From Candidatus Bathyarchaeota archaeon (GTDB lineage: Archaea > Thermoproteota > Bathyarchaeia > Bathyarchaeales > Bathyarchaeaceae), in contig CAVOMX010000004.1 of the NCBI GenBank assembly GCA_963697165.1, forward strand, positions 1-23,890: a stretch of DNA of 23,890 nucleotides, in the 5' to 3' direction. Below are positions 10,375 to 18,822 of the stretch, one piece after another (position 1 is the first letter of the stretch; every line of letters starts with the position of its first letter). A program made the position numbers and the translations under genes. The notes under the pieces were generated by a model. That model made no database searches and was not told the DNA's origin. It saw only the letters and a list, made by a program, of their open reading frames with translations.

Positions 10375-10617
10375 GTGAGAGCAAAACCAATCTTCTTTGT
10401 ATTCTTCATACTATTCACCGCAGCATCAGTAGCAGTCCCAATTCCCCTGTTCCCCGGAAACATGATCACTGCGCTCTTTAGACTACCCTTCTCTAGCTAC
10501 ATGCCATATATTGAAGCCATAACAAACGGGTTAACTTACGGCTTCTTCACTTGGCTAGTACTTTTCATAGTTGACAAAAAACTAGAAAAATCAATGTCAA
10601 TAACTCCAAAAAGATAA
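10375..10617 (+). CDS. Small membrane protein
   Basis: 80 aa with two hydrophobic segments and a PIPLFPG turn; GAGG upstream of a GTG start. Confidence 0.7.
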   Translation: MRAKPIFFVFFILFTAASVAVPIPLFPGNMITALFRLPFSSYMPYIEAITNGLTYGFFTWLVLFIVDKKLEKSMSITPKR

Positions 10618-10670
10618 CCCGTTAACAAACCCACAAAAACAGGCAACACTGTTTTCTCATTTTTGCATAA

Positions 10671-10737
10671 AGGGGTCTGCCAGCCTTATAGTCTTCATTC
10701 CGGTTAAGGTCGGTCTGGGACGGCTACATCATCCCCT
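10671..10737 (-). ncRNA. Box C/D guide sRNA
   Basis: Minus strand reads AGGGG-ATGATGT(C)-12 nt-CCGA(D')-11 nt-ATGAAGA(C')-12 nt-CAGA(D)-CCCCT: terminal stem and two 12-nt guides in canonical archaeal spacing. BRE/TATA-like GAAAAGCTTAAAA lies about 25 nt upstream. Confidence 0.85.
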
Positions 10738-10823
10738 AGTTTCTCGGGGGCATCTCCACTTTTAAGCTTTTCATACCTACACAATAGAAATGCGTGCTGC
10801 GTAGCCTGCACGTAAATCTTGAT

Positions 10824-11207
10824 TTAAATCCAAGAAATTTTGATTATGTTGCGCTTCTCAAGCCGCCTAATTGCCTCAAGAAACTCGCTCTTTTGTTTCC
10901 CACTCAACTCAAAATGTTGCATAATATCCTCCACGGGTGTTTGAGCAGCTCCGGACCTTTGATGTCGACGCTGCAAATAATTCACGACAAGCCGCTCAAT
11001 TTTTCCACACTTCCAAGTCGTGTTTCGAAGGAGCGTAGCAATAGACCTGAAAGTTTTCTGGGCTTCTAGCCCTCTACCTTTAACCAGAATCCTTCCCCCT
11101 AAGCTCTTGACATAATTCGATAATCTTGTCTTAATTAATTGTTTTGTTCTTTTGCCTAAACCTTTATATGCACGGCTGGACCCATGCAGAAAATTCTCTC
11201 CAAACAA
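10824..11207 (-). CDS. Hypothetical protein with probable C-terminal winged helix
   Basis: C-terminus VEDIMQHFEL...FLEAIRRLEKRNIIKI fits a wHTH pattern. The start is probably further downstream than 11207. Confidence 0.65.
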   Translation of the reverse strand: MFGENFLHGSSRAYKGLGKRTKQLIKTRLSNYVKSLGGRILVKGRGLEAQKTFRSIATLLRNTTWKCGKIERLVVNYLQRRHQRSGAAQTPVEDIMQHFELSGKQKSEFLEAIRRLEKRNIIKISWI

Positions 11208-11222
11208 GGTGTTTAGCAGAAA

Positions 11223-11747
11223 ATGGATGAAGCCTTAGCAGTAATCACGTTGGATTCACAAAACAGGACAATCATAGACTTGACACTTGCACAGAAACAG
11301 TTTCGATTCAAATGCAAAAGATGCGCCTCCTTATGCTGTAAACTTGGAGGACCCGTAATTACACAAAAGGATGCTGAGCTGATAGAGTCTGCCAGTTATT
11401 GTGTGACTAACTTTCTTGAACCCATAAACAGAAACGCAGACTATTCGCCTCTTGTGTATGGGAGTCTAAAAACTAGAAAAGACGGATCATGCATCTTTCT
11501 CAAATTTGACGCTGAACAGAAATGTCATAACTGCAGTATCTACGATTTCAGACCCACACTCTGTAGGCTCTATCCTTTTAGCTTCGAACGTATAGGTTAT
11601 AACAAAATCGCCTTGAAAATTATTCCCTGCTGCATGGGATTAAACAGCCCCGAGGACAAAGTAATGGATGAAAAGTATGTTTCTAGTCGTCTTCTTGAGC
11701 CATTACTTGAAGCTATGGAGCTGCTCCAAAAAGACACGCTACATTAA
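11223..11747 (+). CDS. YkgJ-family cysteine-cluster protein
   Basis: FKCKRCASLCC, CIFL, CSIYDFRPTLCRLYPF. Confidence 0.9.
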   Translation: MDEALAVITLDSQNRTIIDLTLAQKQFRFKCKRCASLCCKLGGPVITQKDAELIESASYCVTNFLEPINRNADYSPLVYGSLKTRKDGSCIFLKFDAEQKCHNCSIYDFRPTLCRLYPFSFERIGYNKIALKIIPCCMGLNSPEDKVMDEKYVSSRLLEPLLEAMELLQKDTLH

Positions 11748-11778
11748 GCTGTTAACTCTGGAAAGCGCATTAACTGGG

Positions 11779-12156
11779 CTATTCCAGTTTTCCGTGTTTT
11801 GCATCAAAGCTGGCGTTACATGTCATTTTGCCTTTTTCATTGGTTACACATTTGATTCCTTCATTGAAATTGACTCCAGTTAATCGCCTGAATGCCTTGG
11901 CAAAATCATCTTCTCTGTCATCAAACCAGCACAGGACATAGCTGTCAGCTCTTCCCTCTTTAGTGGACACACATTCAATATCGCCAATTATTGGAAAGAA
12001 GTCCTCGAGGACACACTTGAATCCGGTGCCATCTTTTTTTGAGACAACAAGTTTCCGAGCTTTAACAGCAACAAACGCTTCTTTTTCCTGCTTCCCAAAC
12101 CGTTCCCTATATCCTGTTATCACAGGTTTCTCCCAAACATACTGCAAAACTCTCAC
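11779..12156 (-). CDS. Hypothetical protein
   Basis: 125-aa ORF with a GTG start, fills the intergenic gap; no family recognised. Confidence 0.75.
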   Translation of the reverse strand: MRVLQYVWEKPVITGYRERFGKQEKEAFVAVKARKLVVSKKDGTGFKCVLEDFFPIIGDIECVSTKEGRADSYVLCWFDDREDDFAKAFRRLTGVNFNEGIKCVTNEKGKMTCNASFDAKHGKLE

Positions 12157-12216
12157 CTCTTAAACAAAAACCGTCACTAAAATGATGTTACCACCGATAA
12201 TTTAAGAGTTGCCCGT

Positions 12217-12559
12217 TTATTTTTCCTTGTATGGTATAAAGCAGAGAAACCTACAAGCTTTTTTACTACTGCTTTTTAGTTGATGCTTCTCGTTTGGATG
12301 AATGAAAATGGCATCTCCGGCTTTTAACTTCTTTTCTTCTTGTCCACCAATCACAAGCCCCTTACCTTCCAATATGAAAATTTTATGCTCCCCGTTGTGA
12401 CTGTGAATAGGGTTCTGTACCTCCAGAATCCATTTCGAAAAGTCTCATGGCAAAGTTTTCGGCTCCAGTCTCTTTGGTTATGAGTCATCTGACTTTCATT
12501 TTCGTGCTTCTTTCTCCAGAATCTTTTGCTTCAACATCTGGGTAATGAAAAATGTTCAT
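12217..12559 (-). pseudogene. Disrupted cupin-domain protein
   Basis: Manual translation: MNIFHYPDVEAK...KVR*LITKETGAENFAMRLFEMDSGG, then a +1 frameshift into PIHSHNGEHKIFILEGKG...KAGDAIFIHPNEKHQL...FLCFIPYKEK. In-frame TGA at 12485-12487; length 343 = 3n+1. Confidence 0.88.
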
Positions 12560-12624
12560 TAATTTCGTCTCTTCAAAAATACTGGTGCATCAAAGATATT
12601 GTTAGTGTTTGTTGTAGGCTAAAC

Positions 12625-12654
12625 GTAAACGTTTTTAGTAAACGTTTTTATATA
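12625..12654 (+). promoter_or_regulatory. Helicase promoter with tandem operator-like repeat
   Basis: GTAAACGTTTTTA twice (12625-12637, 12638-12650), each containing the palindrome AAACGTTT, running into TTTATATA (12647-12654). Confidence 0.6.
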
Positions 12655-12782
12655 CGCGATGCTTGTTGATTGGTATCGTCACATAGATTCATGCTTACTC
12701 GAGAAGCTTTAGAAGGCTTTTGAAACTTTTGAAGACTTTTGATTACCGCGTGTAAAATTTTGTGACAGGAGGAATAAAACAG

Positions 12783-13913
12783 ATGCAAATAAGAAACTTT
12801 GAAGACTTACCATTATGTCCAGAAGTCATGAAAGGGATAGAGGAGCTTGGATTTACTGAACTTTTTCCAATACAAGCTCAAGCGATAATGCCCCTACTTG
12901 AAGGAAAAGACGTTATTGGGCAAGCACAAACAGGAACGGGAAAAACAGCAGCCTTCGGAATACCGATGGTTGAACGCGTAGACCCGAAAAACAAAAGAGT
13001 ACAAGGCCTAGTTCTAGCGCCAACACGCGAACTTGCAATACAGGTTGCGGAGCGCATAAGCCGATTCAGCCGATATACACAGCTGAAAGTTCTGCCAGTT
13101 TACGGCGGAGAATCAATCAACAAACAAATCCGTGCACTAGACAGAGGCGTACACATTGTTGTTGGTACGCCTGGTCGAGTAATTGACCATCTGAAACGAG
13201 GAACACTAAATCTTTCATCAACGAAAGTTGTTGTTCTTGATGAAGCTGACAGAATGCTTGACATGGGATTCATAGACGACATAAAGTTTATACTCTCAAA
13301 AGTGCCCCAAGACAGACAACTGAGCCTATTCTCTGCAACAATAGACAAATCAGTAATGAATGTGTGCCACCGCTACATGAAGAACCCCGAAAAAATACTG
13401 GTAAGCAAAGACGAGATAGCTCTTGAACAACTAAACCAGTACTACGTGGTAGTGAATCCAAGAAACAAACTTGAGTACCTTCTTACAATGATGAACAAAA
13501 ACAAGATAGACAAGGCAATCATATTCTGCAACACCCGAAGAGGAACAGACTGGCTAGCACGCAAACTAAGAGCAAGCAGATACTCCGCGGAGCCGATGCA
13601 TGCTGGTTTCACTCAGGCACAAAGAGAACGTGTTACTAACGCTTTCAGAAACGGACAATTCGACTTTCTTATCGCAACCGACGTTGCCGCAAGAGGCTTA
13701 GACATACAAGGAATAACCCACATCATAAACTATGACGTCCCAATGGAAGCGCCAGTGTATTTCCACCGAGTCGGAAGAACCGCCAGAATGGGAGGCGAAG
13801 GAACCGCCATAACACTTGTCGGCTACGGAGAAATCGGAGAACTGAGCAAAATAAAAACTCTAACAAAAACCAACATCGAAGAACTAGAAGCAGTGAATCC
13901 ACAATACTGCTAA
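12783..13913 (+). CDS. DEAD-box RNA helicase (core only)
   Basis: Q motif, AQTGTGKT, PTRELA, TPGR, LDEADRM, SAT, ARGLD, HRVGRTAR; GGAGG at 12768-12772 supports ATG 12783. Confidence 0.96.
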   Translation: MQIRNFEDLPLCPEVMKGIEELGFTELFPIQAQAIMPLLEGKDVIGQAQTGTGKTAAFGIPMVERVDPKNKRVQGLVLAPTRELAIQVAERISRFSRYTQLKVLPVYGGESINKQIRALDRGVHIVVGTPGRVIDHLKRGTLNLSSTKVVVLDEADRMLDMGFIDDIKFILSKVPQDRQLSLFSATIDKSVMNVCHRYMKNPEKILVSKDEIALEQLNQYYVVVNPRNKLEYLLTMMNKNKIDKAIIFCNTRRGTDWLARKLRASRYSAEPMHAGFTQAQRERVTNAFRNGQFDFLIATDVAARGLDIQGITHIINYDVPMEAPVYFHRVGRTARMGGEGTAITLVGYGEIGELSKIKTLTKTNIEELEAVNPQYC

Positions 13914-13927
13914 AACATACGATGCCA

Positions 13928-13958
13928 GATACGCCTAGAAGGCGTATCCACATTTTTT
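13928..13958 (+). terminator. Perfect hairpin plus T-run downstream of the helicase
   Basis: GATACGCCT-AGA-AGGCGTATC (9 bp) followed by CACATTTTTT. Confidence 0.55.
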
Positions 13959-14123
13959 CTCAGCTACAAATGACAACGGCGGATTGGGATTCTTGATGAG
14001 AACCCTGTAAGCGCCTGTCTACTTGTTTTTTGAAAACACCCACATGCACGAGCGTTTAATTCTAACAACACATAAAAAAACAGGAGACAACAGAATACTA
14101 CATCCAGACTATGCGAGGAACTC

Positions 14124-14723
14124 TTGATGGATTTTTTAGCATTATTACCTGATCTGGTGAAGATGACCGTTGCAATGTTTATTGTAGTTAATCCCCTCGG
14201 GAGTGTCCCAATTTTTGTAGGTCTGACCAAGGATATGGATGAATCACAAAGAAAAAAAACTTACCAGCTGGCCACCATCACAGGATTAATGCTTTTAGCA
14301 TTCTTCTCATTAGTTGGACAAAACGTTCTTGTTTTGTTTGGAATATCATGGGGCAGTTTCATGATTGCCGGCGGAATACTGCTACTGATAGTAGCTATCA
14401 GGCTTCTAATCATAGGAGGTTGGAGCGAACATCAATTAGCATCTGAATCTGTGGGAGCAGTTCCTATAGGCTGTCCCCTTCTTGTTGGTCCCGGAGCAAT
14501 AACAACGTCAATTTTGAATATTCAATCCTTCGGAATATTTGCTACGTTACTGTCGGTGTTTCTGACGTTCGTTATTGTGTGGCTGATTCTGAGGTTCATC
14601 GATCCAATATACCGAGTTTTAGGTAAGAACGGCTCGTTAGTGATTACTCGGGTTATGGCTTTACTGATAGCCGCAATTTCTGTCCAGTATATTCTCGATG
14701 GAATAAAAAGTGGTCTGCTGTAA
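14124..14723 (+). CDS. MarC-family membrane protein
   Basis: VNPLGSVPIF, SFMIAGGILL, VPIGCPLLVGPGAIT, TRVMALLIAAISVQ. Confidence 0.93.
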   Translation: MMDFLALLPDLVKMTVAMFIVVNPLGSVPIFVGLTKDMDESQRKKTYQLATITGLMLLAFFSLVGQNVLVLFGISWGSFMIAGGILLLIVAIRLLIIGGWSEHQLASESVGAVPIGCPLLVGPGAITTSILNIQSFGIFATLLSVFLTFVIVWLILRFIDPIYRVLGKNGSLVITRVMALLIAAISVQYILDGIKSGLL

Positions 14724-14866
14724 AAAAAGATAAGACTGTCGATCCTGAATCAGTTATTGAACCCTGAAGATTGACAAATCTGAGCAACAAACAAGTCCAT
14801 TATTTTCCAGATTTGTTTCACATGTTTTCTGGTAAGCTGTGAAAGAGGGGTTTGAGTCTATTCTGT

Positions 14867-15064
14867 CTAGACTGCTTTCACAAATGCTTGTTTCTTTGAT
14901 GCCCACTGAGTCACAGGTTTCCTGAAGGTTTCAATGAGTCCCACGTTTTTGAGGTTAGGAATTGCACCTTTCATGTTCTTTGGAACTTCTGAAATAATTA
15001 GTTCGCCGCGTTCTTTGATGTAGTCGTAGACTTCCTGTTCTAGGATACTTATTTTTTTAGCCAA
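14867..15064 (-). CDS. Small basic protein, probable winged-helix DNA-binding
   Basis: LEQEVYDYIKERGE...GAIPNLKNVGLIETF; GGAGGG SD before TTG; candidate TATA TTTAAA at 15117-15122. Confidence 0.7.
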   Translation of the reverse strand: MAKKISILEQEVYDYIKERGELIISEVPKNMKGAIPNLKNVGLIETFRKPVTQWASKKQAFVKAV

Positions 15065-15154
15065 ACTTTTCCCTCCTGTTTAGTTCGTGGAAATGCACGC
15101 GAGACTATGACCCCTGTTTAAATGCATAATTCAATTTTTGAATAATGTTTAGGG

Positions 15155-15360
15155 ACGGCAAGGTTATACGGGTTTGCGTGCTTCTACACCGTAAAGCAGC
15201 TTTCTGGTTCGGTGTTGAAAGGGTAACACGCTCGCTTTCTGTTTCAGTCAGCACGCCGCTAGCAAATGTTTCTGTGGCAGCTGGCCCAAGCCAACCGTTT
15301 CTGTTTCAAGCTTAGCCGCCAACTCTACTTCCGTGACCAGCAGCTCTCGTTCCTTGCCGC
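15155..15360 (-). ncRNA. Unclassified ~205-nt structured RNA with two RNase P S-domain-like modules
   Basis: 9-bp terminal stem GCGGCAAGG/CCUUGCCGU, several internal helices with G-U pairs only on the minus strand, repeated UGAAACAGAAA, TATAA 24-28 nt upstream, GC-richer than its flanks, no credible ORF. Confidence 0.75.
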
Positions 15361-15709
15361 AATAACATTGTTGTGTTGCTTGCTTATAGCGATTCTGGAC
15401 AAATAATTTAGCGGGTAAACTAAAAAATTTAGATTCTTTAATTATTTTAAAGTCAAAACTTTATTTGTTCATAACTGCAATACAATAAATGACATGAAAT
15501 TTCGGAGATTATCTTTAGAAGTCTCAACTCAAAATTGGTAATTTCACGATTGATATATAAGCTATCTTTAAACACGTTGCTTTTAACATGTATTCTGCAT
15601 CACTGTTTCTTGGAGGATTAAATTTTAATTCCCAAACCCATTATGTAGAAATCAACTTATCCTAATCTTATGCATTATAGTAAGAGTTCTCAAATCTTCT
15701 CAAAGCTCG

Positions 15710-16333
15710 TTAACCTAACGGATAAAGCACGGTGTACTCTACAAGTCCAACTGCAATTGGGATTAGTGTTCCTACGAGAGTTTGTCTGAACGTGTGCTTT
15801 TTCAATTTTATTCTAGACCAACTTACTAGCACTATAACCAAGGATAAAGGTATGACTATAATGCCAAATACAAAAATAAGCGCAAAAATGGGTCCTGTTA
15901 CACCAGCAGAATGAACACTGACCTTCCAGTACCTATTAACAACCAAAAGGATTATTGTGACAAACGTGTAACCTAAAGCCAGCAGAAACATTATTTTGGT
16001 GTTTGTAACAAAGAAAATTATTGCTGCAAAAGAATAAAGGGTTAAGGCTATTAAGAAAAATGGTGTTCGGGTTTCTTTTTGTGAAACGTATAAATCAACA
16101 ACATTCTTTCTATAAAAATAGAGTACTGGTAAGAAGGGCAAGAAAGCAAACAACGAAAAACAGAGCAGAATGCTCAAAGGAGGATAAAGTGAACCTAGAC
16201 CAATAGGTGACCAAAGAGAAAAAGAAACCGTTGCCACTATAGCAATGGTTGGAGGAGAAACAAATTTTGAGATAAAATCTGCTAAACCATGGCCAGTTTC
16301 TGCTTGTAAATTATTTTCATTGTTAAATGCCAT
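15710..16333 (-). CDS. PAP2-superfamily-like membrane protein
   Basis: Multiple TM segments; WKVSVHS and WSRIKLKKHT..Q motifs. Confidence 0.8.
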   Translation of the reverse strand: MAFNNENNLQAETGHGLADFISKFVSPPTIAIVATVSFSLWSPIGLGSLYPPLSILLCFSLFAFLPFLPVLYFYRKNVVDLYVSQKETRTPFFLIALTLYSFAAIIFFVTNTKIMFLLALGYTFVTIILLVVNRYWKVSVHSAGVTGPIFALIFVFGIIVIPLSLVIVLVSWSRIKLKKHTFRQTLVGTLIPIAVGLVEYTVLYPLG

Positions 16334-16496
16334 GGGTAGCTAAACAACATTACGGGGTTAATAAGGTTATACATTTTAAAATAACGAGTCTGGTATCAAT
16401 GTCAAATGTATCTATGTGTGTTTTTTTGTGTTTGTGCGTGTGTTTTTGTTGAGAGAGAATTTAGTGGGAGAGATGTAGAGAGTAGGAGTTGGAGAG

Positions 16497-16513
16497 TTTG
16501 GGTTTGGGGTTAA
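16497..16513. repeat. 17-bp direct repeat, copy 1 (copy 2 at 22591-22607)
   Basis: Exact TTTGGGTTTGGGGTTAA at both sites. Confidence 0.7.
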
Positions 16514-16647
16514 TTTTTAACCCAACCAACCAACGGGACGACGACGAATGACGGTTAACCGTTTCCTATACCCTGTTTATGGTAGGTACCTGATAGTATA
16601 GGAGTAAGAAAAGATGGAATAAATAGAATAATGGATTGAGAGGGGCA

Positions 16648-17076
16648 TTACGATTTGGAGACAACAGAGTACAAAAGTTCCAAAAGTTCCAAGATTTCAT
16701 CTCGTAGTTTTTCTTGAGAAACCGTCCACTTGTCTAGTTCATCCCAGCTTTCGTCTGTCGCCTCTGTATAATCTTCTGTGGAAAGTCTGCGTTTTTCTTT
16801 GTGCTCGGAATTCCATCCAGTAGCATAATTCTTAGTTTGGTGAAATAATTCAGCAATTCGTTTACTATATGCACCTATCGTCTCAGTTGCGGAAGGATCA
16901 TGTTTTTTTGCATAGTCTGCAACCATGAAAAGGCGTTCCAGATTAGTCCAGTACGCTTCTGCGGTTCCAAACCAATCTTGAATGGAAGCAAAACAGTCTT
17001 TGTCCCCATAAAGCATCTCTAACTCTTCGAGAATCTTTGCGTCTATCGCTCTCATGGAATACTTTTTTGGGCTCAC
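16648..17076 (-). CDS. Hypothetical helical protein
   Basis: 142-aa acidic ORF with amphipathic helices; GTG start. Confidence 0.7.
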   Translation of the reverse strand: MSPKKYSMRAIDAKILEELEMLYGDKDCFASIQDWFGTAEAYWTNLERLFMVADYAKKHDPSATETIGAYSKRIAELFHQTKNYATGWNSEHKEKRRLSTEDYTEATDESWDELDKWTVSQEKLRDEILELLELLYSVVSKS

Positions 17077-17328
17077 CAGAGTAAAAACCTTTTGCGTACA
17101 CTAGATTCGCGTATACAATCTTTTGGTCTCTGCACACTTTCATTGTCTATCTTTTTCAAGAATTAATTAAGAATTTTCCCTTTTGTTCTCAATTCTTGTT
17201 CTGAAATTGTCTGTCCCATTGGGGATAATTCATCAACTATGGTGCCTTCGTTTGCCAGACACACAAAAGGATAGATGAAATAATATGTGTTGATCTATTT
17301 TGCAGTCCCCACTTTTGGTCTGCTAATT

Positions 17329-18306
17329 TTATCCGCCGCTAACGCTAGTGACCAAAAATAGGCAGTATATAAATAGGAGAATCGCCCCTTCTTGCCACCC
17401 GATTTTCTCGTTTGATAAGAAATACGACAAGAAAAGGTTAGCAATTAACGAAAAAATGATTAATTTAGAAAAAATCTCTATGTTAACACTGAAAGGCGCG
17501 GCTACTAATGTTACGCCTAAAATTAAGGTTATATTCATAAAACAGCTCCCCACAATATTTCCTAGCGCAAGGTCTGCGTGGCCTTTTTTGATGGCATCAA
17601 GGCTAGTGACTAATTCCGGTAAGCTTGTTCCAATAGCAACGATAGTTGCACCGATAACAACTTTGGGAATACCCACACTTATTGCTAGATATGGAGCAGT
17701 CTCAACAATAAAATAGGAACTTGCAACAACCCCTGCTGCACCTAAAACCGCCATTATTATGTATTTTTTTAGTTTGTGTTTATCCCCTTCAAGAGCTGGT
17801 CCCTTTATACCGTTTCTTGTCTTAGATAGTCGATATATGTTGTAGATGAAAACCAGTAATAGACTAACGCCGATCACTTGTCTTGCAGACCCTACATAGA
17901 GCAAAGCCAAGGGAATAACTGAAGCAACCAGTAATGCGAAATGTAATCCTCTTGTTTCCTCTTTTACCATCGCTGGGAGAAATTTGGCGTTGTCTGAGTA
18001 TTTCACTGCTATAAGTACAAAGATTATTCCAAGCACTAGACATATGTTTGCTATGTTTGAGCCTAGAACGTTTCCTATGGATATGCCTACATTTTCTGGT
18101 TCCATTATTGCGAATATAGCGACAAATAGTTCAGGTAATGAGGTTGAAAAAGCAACAAGAATAAACCCCACAGTTGCTTTTCCCAAGCCTGTAGCTCCGG
18201 CTATTTTTACGGAGTGTTTAATCGTCAAGTTGCTAGCTTGGTTTAGGGCAAATAAGGCAGCTATAAGAATTAGCAGATTGCCTATTAACCCTATTTCCTC
18301 AAACAT
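17329..18306 (-). CDS. Calcium/sodium antiporter (CaCA, YrbG-like)
   Basis: Two alpha-repeats: STSLPEL...GNVLGSNIAN and GTSLPEL...GNIVGSCFMN. Confidence 0.93.
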   Translation of the reverse strand: MFEEIGLIGNLLILIAALFALNQASNLTIKHSVKIAGATGLGKATVGFILVAFSTSLPELFVAIFAIMEPENVGISIGNVLGSNIANICLVLGIIFVLIAVKYSDNAKFLPAMVKEETRGLHFALLVASVIPLALLYVGSARQVIGVSLLLVFIYNIYRLSKTRNGIKGPALEGDKHKLKKYIIMAVLGAAGVVASSYFIVETAPYLAISVGIPKVVIGATIVAIGTSLPELVTSLDAIKKGHADLALGNIVGSCFMNITLILGVTLVAAPFSVNIEIFSKLIIFSLIANLFLSYFLSNEKIGWQEGAILLFIYCLFLVTSVSGG

Positions 18307-18421
18307 AGTCTGCTCCTCACTTTACACAATGCCTCAGTTTAGTTGTCCTTGCTTAATGTAAAGGGCTACTAATATTGTTGATTTTTTTGACTGGACGTCT
18401 ACCGTTTTTTTGGCAATTTTT

Positions 18422-18760
18422 TCCAGATCACATCTTTAACGCTTAAACGCTTAAACCAATAAAATTATAAGAGCGTAAGCACCATATATCTTATGGTAAT
18501 AAGCAAAGTAAGGTGAATAAAAAATGATGACAAAAACAAAAGCAACACTTGACATGAGACAATTTGCTTATTGGAAAATAATGCCCGCGTCGCTTATGTC
18601 TCCAGATTATATCTTTAGAGATTAAAAGCTTAATACAATAACATTATAAGCAAGTAAGCACATAATAGTATATGGGAATGAGCAAATTAAGGTGAATAAA
18701 CAATGATGATAAAAATAAAACTAACAGTCAGCATAAGACGATTTGCTTATTGGAAAAACA
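18422..18760 (+). repeat. Diverged tandem duplication, period 179 bp
   Basis: Both units carry TCCAGAT, ATTATAAG, GTAAGCAC, AGCAAA, TAAGGTGAATAAA, ATGATGA and ATTTGCTTATTGGAAAA at a constant offset of 179. Confidence 0.9.
18524..18625 (+). CDS. Mini-ORF in repeat unit 1 (33 aa, MMTKTKATLDMRQFAYWKIMPASLMSPDYIFRD)
   Basis: AGGTGA SD at 18511-18516 and an upstream TATA; paralogous to the unit 2 ORF. Confidence 0.4.
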   Translation: MMTKTKATLDMRQFAYWKIMPASLMSPDYIFRD

Positions 18761-18765
18761 TCTAG
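18703..18765 (+). CDS. Mini-ORF in repeat unit 2 (20 aa, MMIKIKLTVSIRRFAYWKNI)
   Basis: AGGTGA SD and an upstream TATA; frame conserved with unit 1. Confidence 0.4.
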   Translation: MMIKIKLTVSIRRFAYWKNI

Positions 18766-18822
18766 CCTTTGGGGCTTGCAAAAATTAAAAAATAACAAAA
18801 ATTGGTGTGGTTGGTAATTTAA

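Noticed and set aside
12485..12487. Selenocysteine recoding of the in-frame TGA
   Set aside because: The position corresponds to Trp and the gene is also frameshifted.
15155..15360. Canonical RNase P RNA or T-box leader
   Set aside because: No CR-I GAGGAAAGUCC or standard catalytic-domain topology; no UGGN-ACC antiterminator bulge and no amino-acid gene downstream.
15248..15370. Open frame on the minus strand (CYCGKERELLVTEVELAAK...)
   Set aside because: No start codon or SD ahead of it; the helices and repeated motif explain the region better.
16410..16500. GT/GA-rich skewed tract
   Set aside because: Low-complexity sequence with no regular repeat unit; no function can be supported.
18422..18760. 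CRISPR array or C/D sRNA pair
   Set aside because: Only two long diverged units with no repeat-spacer pattern and no cas genes; ATGATGA follows an SD and has no matching CTGA box.
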